NCBI GenBank assembly: GCA_963696385.1
Contig: CAVOKF010000004.1
Coordinates: 1,056,001 to 1,120,000 of the forward strand
DNA from: an uncultured delta proteobacterium
GTDB taxonomy: Bacteria; Myxococcota_A; Polyangia; Polyangiales; Polyangiaceae
Length of the DNA stretch: 64,000 nucleotides
Direction: 5' to 3'
Part shown: positions 1 through 11,245 of the stretch, piece after piece
Position numbering within the stretch: the stretch's first letter is position 1
Layout: every line of letters begins with the position of its first letter
The notes under the pieces: model-generated
Told to the model about the DNA's origin: nothing
The model's database searches: none
What the model saw: the letters and a program-made list of their open reading frames with translations, nothing else
Program-made: the position numbers and the translations under genes

Positions 1-645
1 CGCGATCGATGCGCGCGCCGCGTGGACCGCTTTTTCGCGAGTCAGCCCGAGCTGGCCGACGAGTACCTCGACCACCCGTACTTCGAGGTCCGCACGGTCG
101 CTGCGAAGTACGCGAGCGTCTTCCGGCTGCCGGTCCTGCTCCACGACGCCGAGCCGGAGGTCCGGGCCATCGCCGTGTTGCGCCTTCCGGAGCGACAGGC
201 GGCGCAGCTACGCCGCGAGCCGGACCGCCGCGTGCGCCTGGCCGTGGCGAGCCGCATAGCGGGCGCTCTGCTGCTCGAGATGCTTTCCGACGAGGACTAC
301 GCGGTGCGGGCCATGGTCGTTCGGCGGCTGCCGGCGGCCAGCCTCATTCTCGCCGTGGACGACCCGGAGCCTGAAGTGCGACGGTGGGTCGCGCGTCGTA
401 TCCCCGAGGAGCAGCTCGGGTACCTCGCGACCGACACGGAGCCGCTCGTGCGTCTCGAGGTCGCGCGTCGGCTTGCCCCCGAGCTTCTCCAGGGGCTCGC
501 GAAGGACGAGGATTTGCGCGTCCGCTTCACGGTCGCGGAGCGGATCGAGGCCAAGCATCTGTCGCTCTTGGCTTTCGACCGGGACGAAGCCGTTCGCCAG
601 GCGGTGCATCGGCGACTCTGCGAAGGCCAATCGGAGGAACAATAG
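1..645 (+). CDS. nif-associated leucine-rich-repeat-variant (LRV) 4Fe-4S protein, 5'-truncated by window edge
   Basis: Open frame from base 1 (RDRCARRVDRFF...), ~24-aa repeats 'D.E.EVR..VA.RL', directly upstream of nifZ-nifT. Confidence 0.85.
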   Translation, partial: RDRCARRVDRFFASQPELADEYLDHPYFEVRTVAAKYASVFRLPVLLHDAEPEVRAIAVLRLPERQAAQLRREPDRRVRLAVASRIAGALLLEMLSDEDYAVRAMVVRRLPAASLILAVDDPEPEVRRWVARRIPEEQLGYLATDTEPLVRLEVARRLAPELLQGLAKDEDLRVRFTVAERIEAKHLSLLAFDRDEAVRQAVHRRLCEGQSEEQ

Positions 646-647
646 TC

Positions 648-977
648 ATGGGACTCGGCAAAGAAGAAGAGGTCGAGATACGGGCGAACCCCCTGTTTAT
701 GCCGGGGACCAAGGTCGTATCGATCCGGTACGTGAAGAACGACGGCACGTTCGCCGGGCGCGACGTGGGCGAAGTTCTCGTGCGAAAGGGAGATGTCGGG
801 TACGTCCGGGACATCGGGACGTTTCTTCAGCGCTATTACATTTACGCCGTGGAGTTCATCGAAACGGGCGTGGTCGTAGGGATGCGAGGGCGGGAATTGG
901 AAGCCCTGGATGCGACCGGCAAACCGATCAAGCGACCGAAAACCACTCGCGTCGTCGAGGAGATTGAACCGCAATGA
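648..977 (+). CDS. nifZ: NifZ P-cluster maturation protein
   Basis: KNDGTFAG...VRKGDVGYVRDIGTFLQ..YIYAVEF...VVGMR..EL signature; ATG at 648. Confidence 0.92.
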   Translation: MGLGKEEEVEIRANPLFMPGTKVVSIRYVKNDGTFAGRDVGEVLVRKGDVGYVRDIGTFLQRYYIYAVEFIETGVVVGMRGRELEALDATGKPIKRPKTTRVVEEIEPQ

Positions 978-1195
978 AAGTCCTCATTCGCAGGTCGGCA
1001 GCGGGACTGTCGGCGTACGTTCCCAAGAAGGATCTGGAAGAGGCGATCGTCGCCGTCGAGCACGAGGGCTTGTGGGGCGGGTGGGTCCGTCTGAAGAACG
1101 GGTGGACGCTCGACCTACCCGTGATGGCGCCGGAGACGCGGCTGCCCATCACCGTGAATGCCAAAAAACGCGGTGCAGAACCCGAGGAATCGTAA
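974..1195 (+). CDS. nifT: NifT/FixU
   Basis: MKVLIR...SAYVPKKDLEE...WGG...L.NGW...LPITV; ATGA overlap with nifZ. Confidence 0.93.
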   Translation: MKVLIRRSAAGLSAYVPKKDLEEAIVAVEHEGLWGGWVRLKNGWTLDLPVMAPETRLPITVNAKKRGAEPEES

Positions 1196-1234
1196 ACCCG
1201 TACCGGCGAGGCAGGATGGCACGTACCGAGTGTA

Positions 1235-1249
1235 CGGCATCGCGCCTGC
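1235..1249 (+). promoter_or_regulatory. possible sigma54 -24/-12 promoter for iscA-nifS
   Basis: CGGCATCGCGCCTGC (GG-N10-GC) 30 bp before ATG; no exact UAS seen. Confidence 0.4.
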
Positions 1250-1278
1250 GCGGGTGCTTCTCAACGTGGAGTGGTCAA

Positions 1279-1671
1279 ATGGCGGCGAGCAAAATCAGCA
1301 TTGAAGGCGCGGGTTCGGTGATCATCAGTGAAGGGGCGGAGAAGTTCATGCGACGCATGACCCGCTTCGGTGGGCTGGGCCCTGGCGCCGGCTTTCGACT
1401 CGTCGTCAGCCCCGGGGGCTGCTCGGGACTGAGCGCCGAGTTCAGCATCGAGCAAGCGGCAAAACTCGGGGACGAGACGCTCGCGCTCAACGGGCTGCCC
1501 GTCTTTGTGCCTCCGCACAGCGCGAAGCTCTTGGCGGGCGTGACCATCGACTTCGTCGACACGCCGACGCAACAAGGGCTCACGTTCTACAATCCGAATG
1601 CGTCTTCGTCGTGCTCGGACAGTGCACGGCCCGCGGTCGTCCAGTTGTCCGAGCTGGTCACGCGCCCGTGA
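1279..1671 (+). CDS. HesB/IscA-family A-type Fe-S carrier (non-canonical C-terminal Cys motif)
   Basis: FRLVVSPGGCSG...VTIDFVDT...GLTFYNPNA; only one C-terminal Cys. Confidence 0.85.
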   Translation: MAASKISIEGAGSVIISEGAEKFMRRMTRFGGLGPGAGFRLVVSPGGCSGLSAEFSIEQAAKLGDETLALNGLPVFVPPHSAKLLAGVTIDFVDTPTQQGLTFYNPNASSSCSDSARPAVVQLSELVTRP

Positions 1672-1708
1672 AGCGCTTCCCCGAAGAAAGGCGGCTTTTG
1701 CGCGAACC

Positions 1709-2875
1709 ATGAAGACGGTTTACCTCGACAACAACGCGACTACGCGAGTCGACCCCGACGTCGTCCTAGCGATGCTTCCATTCTTCACGGAGCAGTATGG
1801 CAACCCGTCGTCGATCCACGCATTCGGCGCGTCGGTCGGCGGCGCGATCAACGGGGCTCGCCGTAGCGTTCAAGCGCTCCTGGGCGCCCAATTCGACCAC
1901 GAGATTGTGTTCACCTCGGGTGGAACCGAGTCCGACAGCACCGCACTCCTCTCGGCCCTCGAAACGGCTGACGGGCGCAACGAGATTGTGACCACCGCCG
2001 TCGAGCATCCGGCCATCCTCGCCCTCTGCAAGCACCTCAGCGACACGCGGGGCGTGAAGGTCGTGCTCGTGCCAGTCGATTCCGCCGGTCGTCTCGACCT
2101 CGACGCCTATCGGAAGGCGCTCGGTCCCCAAACGGCCATCGCCTCCGTCATGTGGGCGAACAACGAGACGGGAACGTTGTTTCCTATTCCGCTGCTGGCC
2201 GAGTGGGCCCACGAAGCGGGGGCCTTGTTCCACACGGACGCCGTGCAGGCGGTCGGCAAAGTCGCCATTTCTTTGAAGAGCACGCAGATCGACATGCTCT
2301 CGCTGTCCGGCCACAAGTTTCACGGCCCCAAGGGCGTCGGAGCCCTCTTCGTCCGGCGTGGAACACGGCTCCGGCCCATGCTGCGCGGCGGTCACCAGGA
2401 ACGCGCGCGGCGCGCGGGAACGGAAAACACCGCCAGCATCGTGGGGCTTGGCAAAGCCGCCGAGCTCGCCGCAGAAAGACTGCAAGGCGAGCAGACCCGC
2501 GTGCGTGCGCTGCGCGACCGACTGGAGACGGCTCTGCTCGCCCGCATCGCCGGCACTCTCAGCGTGGGCGACCGAGAGCACCGGCTGCCCAATACGTCCA
2601 ACGTCGCGTTCGAGTTTCTCGAAAGCGAAGCACTCCTCGTCCACCTGAGTCGCGCCGGAATTGCGGCTTCCTCGGGTTCCGCCTGCACGTCGGGTTCGAT
2701 GGAGCCGTCGCACGTGCTCCGGGCCATGAACGTCCCCTTTACGGCGGCTCACGGCGCCGTTCGGTTCTCCTTTTCACGGGACAACGACGACGCGGACGTC
2801 GACCGCGTGCTCGAAGTGATGCCCGGCATCGTTGAAACGCTGCGCGAAGGATCTTCCATCGGGACGGACGGGTGA
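1709..2875 (+). CDS. nifS: Cysteine desulfurase NifS
   Basis: YLDNNATT, WANNETG, HTDAVQA, SGHKFHGPKG (PLP Lys), SSGSACTSGSMEPSHVL. Confidence 0.95.
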   Translation: MKTVYLDNNATTRVDPDVVLAMLPFFTEQYGNPSSIHAFGASVGGAINGARRSVQALLGAQFDHEIVFTSGGTESDSTALLSALETADGRNEIVTTAVEHPAILALCKHLSDTRGVKVVLVPVDSAGRLDLDAYRKALGPQTAIASVMWANNETGTLFPIPLLAEWAHEAGALFHTDAVQAVGKVAISLKSTQIDMLSLSGHKFHGPKGVGALFVRRGTRLRPMLRGGHQERARRAGTENTASIVGLGKAAELAAERLQGEQTRVRALRDRLETALLARIAGTLSVGDREHRLPNTSNVAFEFLESEALLVHLSRAGIAASSGSACTSGSMEPSHVLRAMNVPFTAAHGAVRFSFSRDNDDADVDRVLEVMPGIVETLREGSSIGTDG

Positions 2876-2942
2876 GACCGTTCCGCCGTCGTTGCCCGCT
2901 TCCCCGTGAGGCCGCCACTCCCTTTGTTCTGGGGCGGTGTAC

Positions 2943-3308
2943 TTAGGTCCCCGTCAAGCGGCCCTTGGTGTACTTGCCGCGCTCTTTGGGGTGTTCGTTT
3001 TCGTAGGCCTCGAGACTCTCGGAGGCAATCTCCAGTTCAATCGTGCCTTCTCCGGTCACGCGGGCTTGGCACCCGAGTCGAGACGTTGCCCGTACGTCGA
3101 ATGCCTTGTCGAGCGCATCGGACTCCTCGTTCTGCTCGGCGCTGAGCAGCTCGGCCCCTCGCGCAACGTACACGTGGCAGGTGGAACAGGCGCACGCGCC
3201 GCCGCAGGCGCTGCCTACGGGAGCGCGTGCCTTCGTCGCAGCGTCGAGCACGGACGTGCCAGCGCCGACGGTCACCTCGCCGAAGCCCGCAAAGCGAATC
3301 GTCGCCAT
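2943..3308 (-). CDS. fdx: ISC-type 2Fe-2S ferredoxin
   Basis: ACGGACACSTCHVYV...SRLGCQ; last gene of isc/hsc run. Confidence 0.92.
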   Translation of the reverse strand: MATIRFAGFGEVTVGAGTSVLDAATKARAPVGSACGGACACSTCHVYVARGAELLSAEQNEESDALDKAFDVRATSRLGCQARVTGEGTIELEIASESLEAYENEHPKERGKYTKGRLTGT

Positions 3309-5221
3309 CAGCCGAGCTCTTGCGGGTGTGGGCCGTGGGCGTACTCGACGCCCTTGGCGTGCTCGACAGTCCGCGCGATCGCGTCCACGCGCTGACCCCC
3401 AATCGCGCGGGCCATCGCGCGATTCATTCGCCGCGCGGCGAACGCCTTGGTGGCTTCATCCAGCGCATCGATGCTGGCCTGAATGAGCGACGGCTGCTCG
3501 CCGCGCGAGGCTTGCTCGAGTTTCGCGTACGCCCGCTCGATCCTCTCCCTCTCTGCAACGTCGAGCAGGTCCGCATCGGAGTCGATTGCCTTCTGCGTCG
3601 CCAGGAGAATTCGAGCCGCCTCCACGCGATTCTCCGCCAGTCGCCGCCGGTTCAAGTCCTCCTCGCCGTGGTCGAGCGCCTCGGTGAGCATCCGTTCGAC
3701 GGTCGCGTCGTCGAGCCCGTAAGTGGGTCGGACCGTGACCTTCTGCTCGATGCCGGTCGTCGATTCCTTCGCGTGCACGCCGAGAAGACCGTCCGCGTCG
3801 ACCTGGAATTTGACTTCGAGGCGCGCCATTCCGGCGGCCATCGGCGGGATCCCTTTCAGGGTGATGCGCGCGAGACTTCGGCTGTCCGCGACGAGTTCGC
3901 GTTCGCCCTGGACCACGTGAATATCGAACCCGGTCTGGTTGTCTTCTTGCGTCGTGTAGGTGGCGCGAGCGGCGCAGGGGATCGACGAGTTGCGCGCCAG
4001 GATCTTATCGACGACGCCGCCTCCCACTTCGATTCCGAGCGATAGGGGGATCACGTCGAGCAGGAGCACGTCTTCCCGCCGCCTCGGGCCCGCCAACAGA
4101 TCCGCCTGGACGGCGGCGCCGAGCGCCACGACGCGGTCCGGGTCGATGTCGGCGAGCGGTTCTTTGCCGAAAAGCGCCCCCACATACCGTCTCACGAGCG
4201 GAACACGCGTCGCCCCACCCACGAGGATGACCCCATCGAGATCCTTCGGCGCCAACCCCGCGTCCTTCAGCGCGCGGCGACAGGCCACCCCCGTGCGCTC
4301 GAGAAGCGGGCCGATCAGCTCTTCGAACCCCCGGCGATGGACCACGACACGCCCGTGGCCGGCGACTTCGACTTCCACTTCGTCCTGGGTCGTCAGTTCG
4401 TGCTTGACCTTGCGCGCCTGGTCGAGGACCCATCGAACGAGTTGCGGCGTCTGCCGGGCAGAATCCAGCCCGACTTTCTCGAGAAGGTGGTGAGCGATGG
4501 CGCGATCCATGTCGTCGCCTCCAAGCTGGCTGTCGCCGCCGGTCGATCGCACCTGAAAGACGCCGTCGTCCAGCACAAGCACCGTGACGTCGAACGTCCC
4601 GCCGCCCAAGTCGTAGACCGCGAAGGTGCCATTCTGTTTCTTCTCGAGGCCGTACGCCAGAGCGGCTGCCGTCGGCTCGTTCAGGAGCCGCAACACGGTG
4701 AGCCCCGCAAGCCGTGCCGCGTCTTTGGTGGCCTGGCGCTGCGCGTCGTCGAAGTAGGCGGGCACGGTGATGACCGCGCCCCCGACGTTCTGAAGCTCGT
4801 CCTCGGCGAGGGCCTTGAGAGCGCGGAGAATTTCCGCGCTGACTTCGACGGGCGTGACCACTCGCCCGTCCGCAACCCGGAATCGGACCGTGTTCGACTG
4901 ACCCGGCTTGGGAGCGACAAATTCGTAGGGGCCGAGGCGCCGCGTTTCAGCGTCGTCGTTGCCGCGGCCCATCATTCGCTTCACGCTCACGATCGCGTCG
5001 CGCGGATGGTGGCTCGCAAATTCCGCCGCGAGACGCCCGACGATCACGTCACCGGCGGGCAAGTACGCGACGACGCTTGGAAGGAGGACGACCGAATCGC
5101 AATCGGCGATGGCGACGGGCCGCTCGTTCGTCACGTGGGCGACCAGCGAATGGGTCGTTCCCAGATCGATTCCGATCGGCCGCGGGGGCGCTTTGGGATC
5201 GAAGATCTCGAGCAATGCCAT
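3308..5221 (-). CDS. hscA: Fe-S chaperone HscA (Hsp70 family)
   Basis: [36 protein letters not shown]-terminal FAARRMNRA; between hscB and fdx. Confidence 0.95.
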   Translation of the reverse strand: MALLEIFDPKAPPRPIGIDLGTTHSLVAHVTNERPVAIADCDSVVLLPSVVAYLPAGDVIVGRLAAEFASHHPRDAIVSVKRMMGRGNDDAETRRLGPYEFVAPKPGQSNTVRFRVADGRVVTPVEVSAEILRALKALAEDELQNVGGAVITVPAYFDDAQRQATKDAARLAGLTVLRLLNEPTAAALAYGLEKKQNGTFAVYDLGGGTFDVTVLVLDDGVFQVRSTGGDSQLGGDDMDRAIAHHLLEKVGLDSARQTPQLVRWVLDQARKVKHELTTQDEVEVEVAGHGRVVVHRRGFEELIGPLLERTGVACRRALKDAGLAPKDLDGVILVGGATRVPLVRRYVGALFGKEPLADIDPDRVVALGAAVQADLLAGPRRREDVLLLDVIPLSLGIEVGGGVVDKILARNSSIPCAARATYTTQEDNQTGFDIHVVQGERELVADSRSLARITLKGIPPMAAGMARLEVKFQVDADGLLGVHAKESTTGIEQKVTVRPTYGLDDATVERMLTEALDHGEEDLNRRRLAENRVEAARILLATQKAIDSDADLLDVAERERIERAYAKLEQASRGEQPSLIQASIDALDEATKAFAARRMNRAMARAIGGQRVDAIARTVEHAKGVEYAHGPHPQELG

Positions 5222-5306
5222 TGGAACACCATCGCGGGGGATCCGCGCTCTGCCAGGTTTGTCGTCCGGTCTCTCGCCTCGCTCGAGCCTGCCGGCTCCA
5301 AGCCGA

Positions 5307-5816
5307 CTACGTAAGCTCGTCTTCGATGGCGCCTACTTCGTCCAGAAAGCGCCGGTAGAATCTCAACTTGCCGAGTTTGCCGACGAGGGGCTCGCATAGC
5401 CCGCTGGCGAGGCCGTCGCAGAGCTCTCGCTCCGTTTTGGTCCAGCGCGCCCGGACACCCTCGGCGAGGCTCGAAACCGCCTGTCGATCACGCGCGTCTT
5501 TCGCGTTCGACAGGGCTTCGCGCTGCTCGAGCATCTCCATGAGAAACTCCGGCTCGGGATTCGGCTCGCGGTCGTCGCCAAGGGCGATCCCGCTCAACGC
5601 AAGGAGGGCCTCGGCGCGCCGGAGCGGGTCGCGAACGATTCGCCACGCCTCGTTCACCTCGACCGCTCTGGCGAGCGCCTCTCGCCTCACGCCGGCGGTG
5701 GTCGCGAGGTGGCGGTCGGGGTGAAGCACCCGCGACAGCTCGCGATGGGTCTTTTCGAGCGCCCGCATGTCCACATCGTAGCGGCGAGCAATGCCGAGGG
5801 TCGCGAATGGGTCCAT
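5307..5816 (-). CDS. hscB: Co-chaperone HscB
   Basis: J-domain HPD motif, [23 protein letters not shown]. Confidence 0.92.
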   Translation of the reverse strand: MDPFATLGIARRYDVDMRALEKTHRELSRVLHPDRHLATTAGVRREALARAVEVNEAWRIVRDPLRRAEALLALSGIALGDDREPNPEPEFLMEMLEQREALSNAKDARDRQAVSSLAEGVRARWTKTERELCDGLASGLCEPLVGKLGKLRFYRRFLDEVGAIEDELT

Positions 5817-5831
5817 AGCGAGCGTGTCTCC

Positions 5832-6230
5832 TCACACGGTAAACGAATTGCCGCAGCCGCAGCTGCTCTTCTCGTTCGGGTTGGCGAACTTGAACCCCTG
5901 ATGCATCAGCGTCTGTTCCCACACGAGCTCCGACCCGTTCAAATAGAGGAGGCTCTTTGGGTCGACGAGGACGCGCACATGGCTTCCGTCAGTCGCCACG
6001 CAATCGAGCACGTGGTCGCGCTCGTGCGGGGGGCCGTCGTGGTACTCGATCACGTACGAAAAGCCGGAACAGCCCCCTCCGCGAATCCCGACCCGCAGAC
6101 TTCCCTCCGGGGTGTGGCGCTTCTGCATCTGGCGAGCAATGACGTCGACCGCCGGTTGCGAAACGGAAATGCCGGGCAGCTTCGAGTCCGGGCCCCGCAC
6201 GTGCCCAGGCGCCTCGACGACGGATTCCAT
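5832..6230 (-). CDS. iscA: IscA A-type Fe-S carrier
   Basis: GGGCSGFSY...NPNEKSSCGCGNSF; start may be GTG 6239. Confidence 0.93.
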   Translation of the reverse strand: MESVVEAPGHVRGPDSKLPGISVSQPAVDVIARQMQKRHTPEGSLRVGIRGGGCSGFSYVIEYHDGPPHERDHVLDCVATDGSHVRVLVDPKSLLYLNGSELVWEQTLMHQGFKFANPNEKSSCGCGNSFTV

Positions 6231-6235
6231 GGCGT

Positions 6236-6655
6236 TCACTCGCCGACGCGGGCGACATCCGCGATGGCCACGCGCTCCGACTGTTTTTTGCGGTAGTCCG
6301 CGATGGCGCTCTTGATCGCGTCTTCGGCGAGCACCGAGCAGTGAATTTTCACCGGGGGCAAGTTCAGTTCGTCCACGATCGCCGAATTCTTGATGCTCGC
6401 GGCCTCGTCCACCGTCTTGCCCTTGATCCACTCGGTGGCGAGCGACGAGCTCGCGATGGCCGATCCGCAGCCGAACGTCTTGAACTTCGCGTCTTCGATG
6501 ACGCCTTGCTCGTTCACCTTGATCTGCAATCGCATCACGTCACCGCAGGCGGGCGCCCCGACGAGCCCCGTGCCGACGCTGGGATCGGCCTTGTCGAGCG
6601 TCCCGACGTTGCGCGGATTCTCGTAATGCTCGATGACTTTCTCGCTGTATGACAT
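6236..6655 (-). CDS. iscU: Fe-S scaffold IscU
   Basis: YSEKVIEHYENPRNVG, PACGD, FGCGSAIASSS, LPPVKIHCSVLAEDA; single domain, not three-domain NifU. Confidence 0.96.
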   Translation of the reverse strand: MSYSEKVIEHYENPRNVGTLDKADPSVGTGLVGAPACGDVMRLQIKVNEQGVIEDAKFKTFGCGSAIASSSLATEWIKGKTVDEAASIKNSAIVDELNLPPVKIHCSVLAEDAIKSAIADYRKKQSERVAIADVARVGE

Positions 6656-6714
6656 GGCTCGACCCTTTGTGGCTGAGATTCTTCGCCTCGCACGCAATTC
6701 AAATGGGCGACTCA

Positions 6715-7458
6715 TCAGGTGCAGTCGCTCGCGGCGCCCGTGTAATTCTTGACGCGCTCGCCTTCGGTGGCGCCGAGAATCTTGGCGAGCCACGGCGGGG
6801 GCGACTTGGCAAGCACGCGCTGCAAGTCGGTCAGAATCGCTCGCGCCGGACCGCCGTCGGGAACGGGAAGCAAATGAATGTCCGCCTTGATCACTTTGGC
6901 GGCCGCGGGGCCACCGATCGAGACGATGTAGAGAACTCGGCAGTCTCGAATGAGGTCGACGCGAAAGGCGTTCTTGTCGCCCGAAGCATCGGCTTGTGCG
7001 GCGGACCGGATGTCGATCAGGCGAATCTCGGAAGCCGACACCTGGTAGACGAGATAGAAACAGGCCGACCCGAAGTGGCCGTTCAACTCTTCGCCGCGGT
7101 TCGATGCCATGGCGACGCGAACCGACCGCGGCATGTCTCCATCTGTGTAGGCCTCGATGATCCGTGCGTCGTCTTTGCCGGCTTCTCCCCAGAGAATCCG
7201 CACGGCCTCTTTGAACGCCGCCATGTCGGCGGTGCGGTATTGTTCGCTCCCGTCCTCTTCGCCATCGAGATTGTACGAACCACCGAACGACGCTTTGAGG
7301 TTCGCCACCGTGACCCGGCTCAAGGCCGCTTCGTCAAGCTCGTCGCCGAGGCACGTGTGCAAGGCATCAATCAGGCTCGGCAGAGGAACGTCGTGCAAAG
7401 CCTTTGCGGCAAACGCAATTCTCAAGGCGACGTCGTTGGTAATGGCTGCTTCGGGCAT
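6715..7458 (-). CDS. NafY/NifY-family FeMo-cofactor chaperone
   Basis: N-terminal VALRIAFAAKAL domain plus NifX-like domain (GHFGS, SIGGPAAAKVI, PPPWLAK). Confidence 0.85.
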   Translation of the reverse strand: MPEAAITNDVALRIAFAAKALHDVPLPSLIDALHTCLGDELDEAALSRVTVANLKASFGGSYNLDGEEDGSEQYRTADMAAFKEAVRILWGEAGKDDARIIEAYTDGDMPRSVRVAMASNRGEELNGHFGSACFYLVYQVSASEIRLIDIRSAAQADASGDKNAFRVDLIRDCRVLYIVSIGGPAAAKVIKADIHLLPVPDGGPARAILTDLQRVLAKSPPPWLAKILGATEGERVKNYTGAASDCT

Positions 7459-7536
7459 GATTCCGATCCTCCTCTTCCGATGCGCATCGGGTCTTCGAGT
7501 CGCTTCTCGCTAGGTCGAAGCCGGTCGTGTCATTTT

Positions 7537-7731
7537 TCAGGCGGGCACGCAGGTGTCGGCCACCGGACAGACCGCGGCGCATTGCGCGGTGTCGAAGTGG
7601 CCTTCGCACTCGGTGCATAGTTTCGGGTTAATGACGTACATTTCGTTCTTGAGCGAGATCGCAGCATTGGGGCATTCGAACTCGCACGCACCGCACACGG
7701 TGCACTGGGATGCGACAATCTTGTAGGCCAT
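7537..7731 (-). CDS. fdxN: nif ferredoxin FdxN (2x4Fe-4S)
   Basis: [12 protein letters not shown]...[18 protein letters not shown]. Confidence 0.9.
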   Translation of the reverse strand: MAYKIVASQCTVCGACEFECPNAAISLKNEMYVINPKLCTECEGHFDTAQCAAVCPVADTCVPA

Positions 7732-7742
7732 GGGAAACCTTC

Positions 7743-8075
7743 TCAGTCCTTGTGTTGTAGAGCGGTGAGCCTTACGAACGGCGGTGGTTGGGGGACCTTT
7801 TCTTTGACCGCGTCCTTGTGAACTTTGAACACGCGCTGGTCGATGGGCGACCGAGCGACGAAGTCGTCATAGGCCATTTGCAGGTGGGCGCGGCAGCGCT
7901 CGCGCACCAGGCCCTCGCCCAGCCCGGCCAACGGCTCCTTGGCGAGGTACTCGCCCATGCGTCGAAGAATGTGCAGACGCGCGACGTTGACGACGCCGAC
8001 TTCGAAGGGCACATCGAGGTAGACAAAGATCTCTTCGGCAGACGAGAGCCGGCGCAGGTCATCGAGTACACTCAT
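7743..8075 (-). CDS. nifW: NifW
   Basis: LSSAEEIF...[12 protein letters not shown]...AYDDF...RVFKVHK. Confidence 0.92.
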   Translation of the reverse strand: MSVLDDLRRLSSAEEIFVYLDVPFEVGVVNVARLHILRRMGEYLAKEPLAGLGEGLVRERCRAHLQMAYDDFVARSPIDQRVFKVHKDAVKEKVPQPPPFVRLTALQHKD

Positions 8076-8118
8076 CTTCGTCTCTTCTCCGTTGGAACTC
8101 GGTTGCGGTCGCGGCCGG

Positions 8119-8439
8119 TCAGCCGAACGATTTGCCGCAGGCGCAGCTCGACGTTGCATTCGGATTGATAAATGTGAATCCGGCGCCTTCGGCGCTGACG
8201 AGGAAATCCACCGTCACCCCCTGGAGAAGGGGCGCGCTGGACGCGTCGACAAATACTTTGATCTCGCCCTTTTCGACGGTCACGTCGCCGGGCAGCGGCT
8301 CGGCGACGAGCCCCATCATGTATTTGTTGCCGGCGCAGCCCCCCGTCTCCACCATGAGGCGGAGGCCCTGGACGGGTGCGTTGGAACCGGCGATTGCCGT
8401 ACGAATGGCGTTTGCAGCGCTGTCGGTGATTTCGATCAA
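8119..8439 (-). CDS. nif-associated IscA/HesB
   Basis: GGCAG...NPNATSSCACGKSFG; TTG start after AGGAGA RBS. Confidence 0.9.
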   Translation of the reverse strand: MIEITDSAANAIRTAIAGSNAPVQGLRLMVETGGCAGNKYMMGLVAEPLPGDVTVEKGEIKVFVDASSAPLLQGVTVDFLVSAEGAGFTFINPNATSSCACGKSFG

Positions 8440-8493
8440 GGCATTCTCCTTTCGCCCCGCCGCCTACGATTGGGGCGACGTGACGGCCCTATC

Positions 8494-8508
8494 GCAACGG
8501 ACGTGCCG
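8494..8508 (-). promoter_or_regulatory. sigma54 promoter of leftward iscA-nifW-fdxN-nafY-isc/hsc run
   Basis: Minus strand CGGCACGTCCGTTGC. Confidence 0.8.
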
Positions 8509-8581
8509 GCGACGAAGAGCGTGAGTTCATCCACGATTTGCGCGCGATACGGCTCTCCGGCGCACGTCGCGTTTATGCCAA

Positions 8582-8597
8582 TGTACGTTTTGCGACA
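8582..8597. promoter_or_regulatory. NifA UAS
   Basis: TGT-ACGTTTTGCG-ACA. Confidence 0.75.
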
Positions 8598-8699
8598 CGA
8601 CGAAAAGGACGCACCGGTGCGGGACTTGGCCACGGGCCACCGTCGCCCCCAGACGTGACCCTCCGGCAAGGCGGCGAACTTCACGAGCCCTGTCGCTTT

Positions 8700-9778
<1,079 letters not shown>

Positions 9779-9785
9779 AGCGCAT

Positions 9786-9828
9786 GACCGAACCCCTCGC
9801 CGGCGCCCCGCGGCCCGGCGAGGCGGTC
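9786..9828 (+). terminator. GC-rich stem-loop after nifH (terminator or mRNA stabiliser)
   Basis: CCTCGCCGG (9795-9803)/CCGGCGAGG (9815-9823) plus outer GACCG/CGGTC; weak U-tract. Confidence 0.55.
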
Positions 9829-9873
9829 GGCATCTTCTGACTCTCACGTTCGGCTTGTTCGGCTTGTTCGGTT

Positions 9874-9889
9874 TGTCGCAGTCGCGACA
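9874..9889. promoter_or_regulatory. NifA UAS
   Basis: TGT-CGCAGTCGCG-ACA. Confidence 0.75.
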
Positions 9890-9962
9890 GCGCTCGGGAG
9901 AGCCCAGGGCGCGCTCTTCGTCCACCAAGGAATATTCGCACAAACCGTGAACGAGAGACGGA

Positions 9963-9977
9963 TGGCACAGTCCATGC
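9963..9977 (+). promoter_or_regulatory. sigma54 promoter of nifX operon
   Basis: TGGCACAGTCCATGC. Confidence 0.75.
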
Positions 9978-10008
9978 GACCGACACGATAGACCCCGGAC
10001 TTCGGACC

Positions 10009-10488
10009 ATGGCCACAACAGTACGACAGCTACGGCTCATCGACGGCGGCACCCGCAACGCCGCCGTCCCGACGAAGACGGGTGCCGGTCCGCGCGTCCG
10101 CGTCGCGATCGCGAGCCGGGACGGCAAGGCGCTCAACGCGCACTTCGGGTTCGCCGAGAAGTTGATGGTCTACGACGTGACTCCGCGAACCCATCGTCTG
10201 GTGCAAGTGGTCACGTCCGTGGCCGACGACTCCCGGTCCCGTACGGCCGAGAGCGAAGACGACGCGATTGGACCCAAGGTGGCCGCGCTCGCCGGTTGCG
10301 ACCTCTTGTTCGTTCTCGCCATCGGACCGCCCGCGGCGGCCAAGGTCATTCGGGCGAACATTCATCCCATCAAGGTAAAAGACCCGGAAGAGATTGAGAC
10401 AGTCATTGCGCGCGTTCAAACGATGATGAACGGCGAGCCGCCGTCGTGGCTTCGGAGAGCTCTCGCCGAGAGTCGGGCACAACCATGA
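10009..10488 (+). CDS. nifX: NifX
   Basis: RVAIAS...NAHFG...LAIGPPAAAKVIRANIHPIK...PPSWLRRA. Confidence 0.92.
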   Translation: MATTVRQLRLIDGGTRNAAVPTKTGAGPRVRVAIASRDGKALNAHFGFAEKLMVYDVTPRTHRLVQVVTSVADDSRSRTAESEDDAIGPKVAALAGCDLLFVLAIGPPAAAKVIRANIHPIKVKDPEEIETVIARVQTMMNGEPPSWLRRALAESRAQP

Positions 10489-10513
10489 CATTCAAGAAGA
10501 AGGCAGACTGACC

Positions 10514-10990
10514 ATGACTACCCAAGACGTGCTCTCCCTACCGCAGAACGAGGCCCAGACCGCTTCGCCCTTCCTCGGGTCGCTGGCCCGCCTGGTTCGC
10601 TCCGAAGACACCTTCGGGGCCTGGGACAAGAAGCGCGACGTCGACCTTCTAGCGCCATTTATTGTGACGAAAGAAGCGCGCCGTACCCTTCCGATCATTG
10701 GAGACCCCGACCCCGACGTTCTGCATCGCGTCGAGCAGTTCTATCAAGCTGTGGGCCTGGCGATCGAGCACAAGATCGGCCTCATGGCGTGCCCGATGAT
10801 GAAGATGAGCCACGAGGGGTTCGGGCGCGTGATTCTCACTGTCGGGAGCCTGGTGGCCTTCGCGAAGAGCCTGCGCGACGTACACCGTTTCGGCTTCGAG
10901 AGTCTCGAAGCCCTGGCCCGTGAAGGGGACAAGGCCGTGGACCAGGCCATTGCTACCGTGAACACCTATCCGGACGTTGCGCGGGCCTAA
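10514..10990 (+). CDS. NifX-associated protein (DUF269)
   Basis: IIGDPDPD...MSHEGFGR...LRDVHRFGFESL. Confidence 0.9.
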   Translation: MTTQDVLSLPQNEAQTASPFLGSLARLVRSEDTFGAWDKKRDVDLLAPFIVTKEARRTLPIIGDPDPDVLHRVEQFYQAVGLAIEHKIGLMACPMMKMSHEGFGRVILTVGSLVAFAKSLRDVHRFGFESLEALAREGDKAVDQAIATVNTYPDVARA

Positions 10991-11019
10991 AAGGACCGTC
11001 CACTGTCGAGGAGACCGCC

Positions 11020-11229
11020 GTGAGCGAACTCGAAGTCCTCAAAGCAGAAATCAAGAAGCTGTCCCCGAAGGCCATGCAGCTCAAGATGGATCTGCACGAC
11101 CTATCGGAGGAGCTGCCCCAGAACTGGCAGTCGATTCCCGACATCGCCAAGGCGGCCTACGATGCGTTCGCGCAGCTCGACGCCAAACGGGCAGAGCTCA
11201 AGGCCCTCGAAGTCCAAGTCGCGCCATAA
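11020..11229 (+). CDS. nif-associated Rop-like protein (DUF683/CCE_0567 family)
   Basis: KMDLHDLSEELP..W..I...A. Confidence 0.88.
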   Translation: MSELEVLKAEIKKLSPKAMQLKMDLHDLSEELPQNWQSIPDIAKAAYDAFAQLDAKRAELKALEVQVAP

Positions 11230-11245
11230 GCTGGAGAATCAGACG

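Noticed and set aside
1217..1231. TGGCAC sigma54-like -24 element
   Set aside because: No GC at the required -12 position; the same holds for TTGGCACG near 13479 and CTGGAACG near 22210
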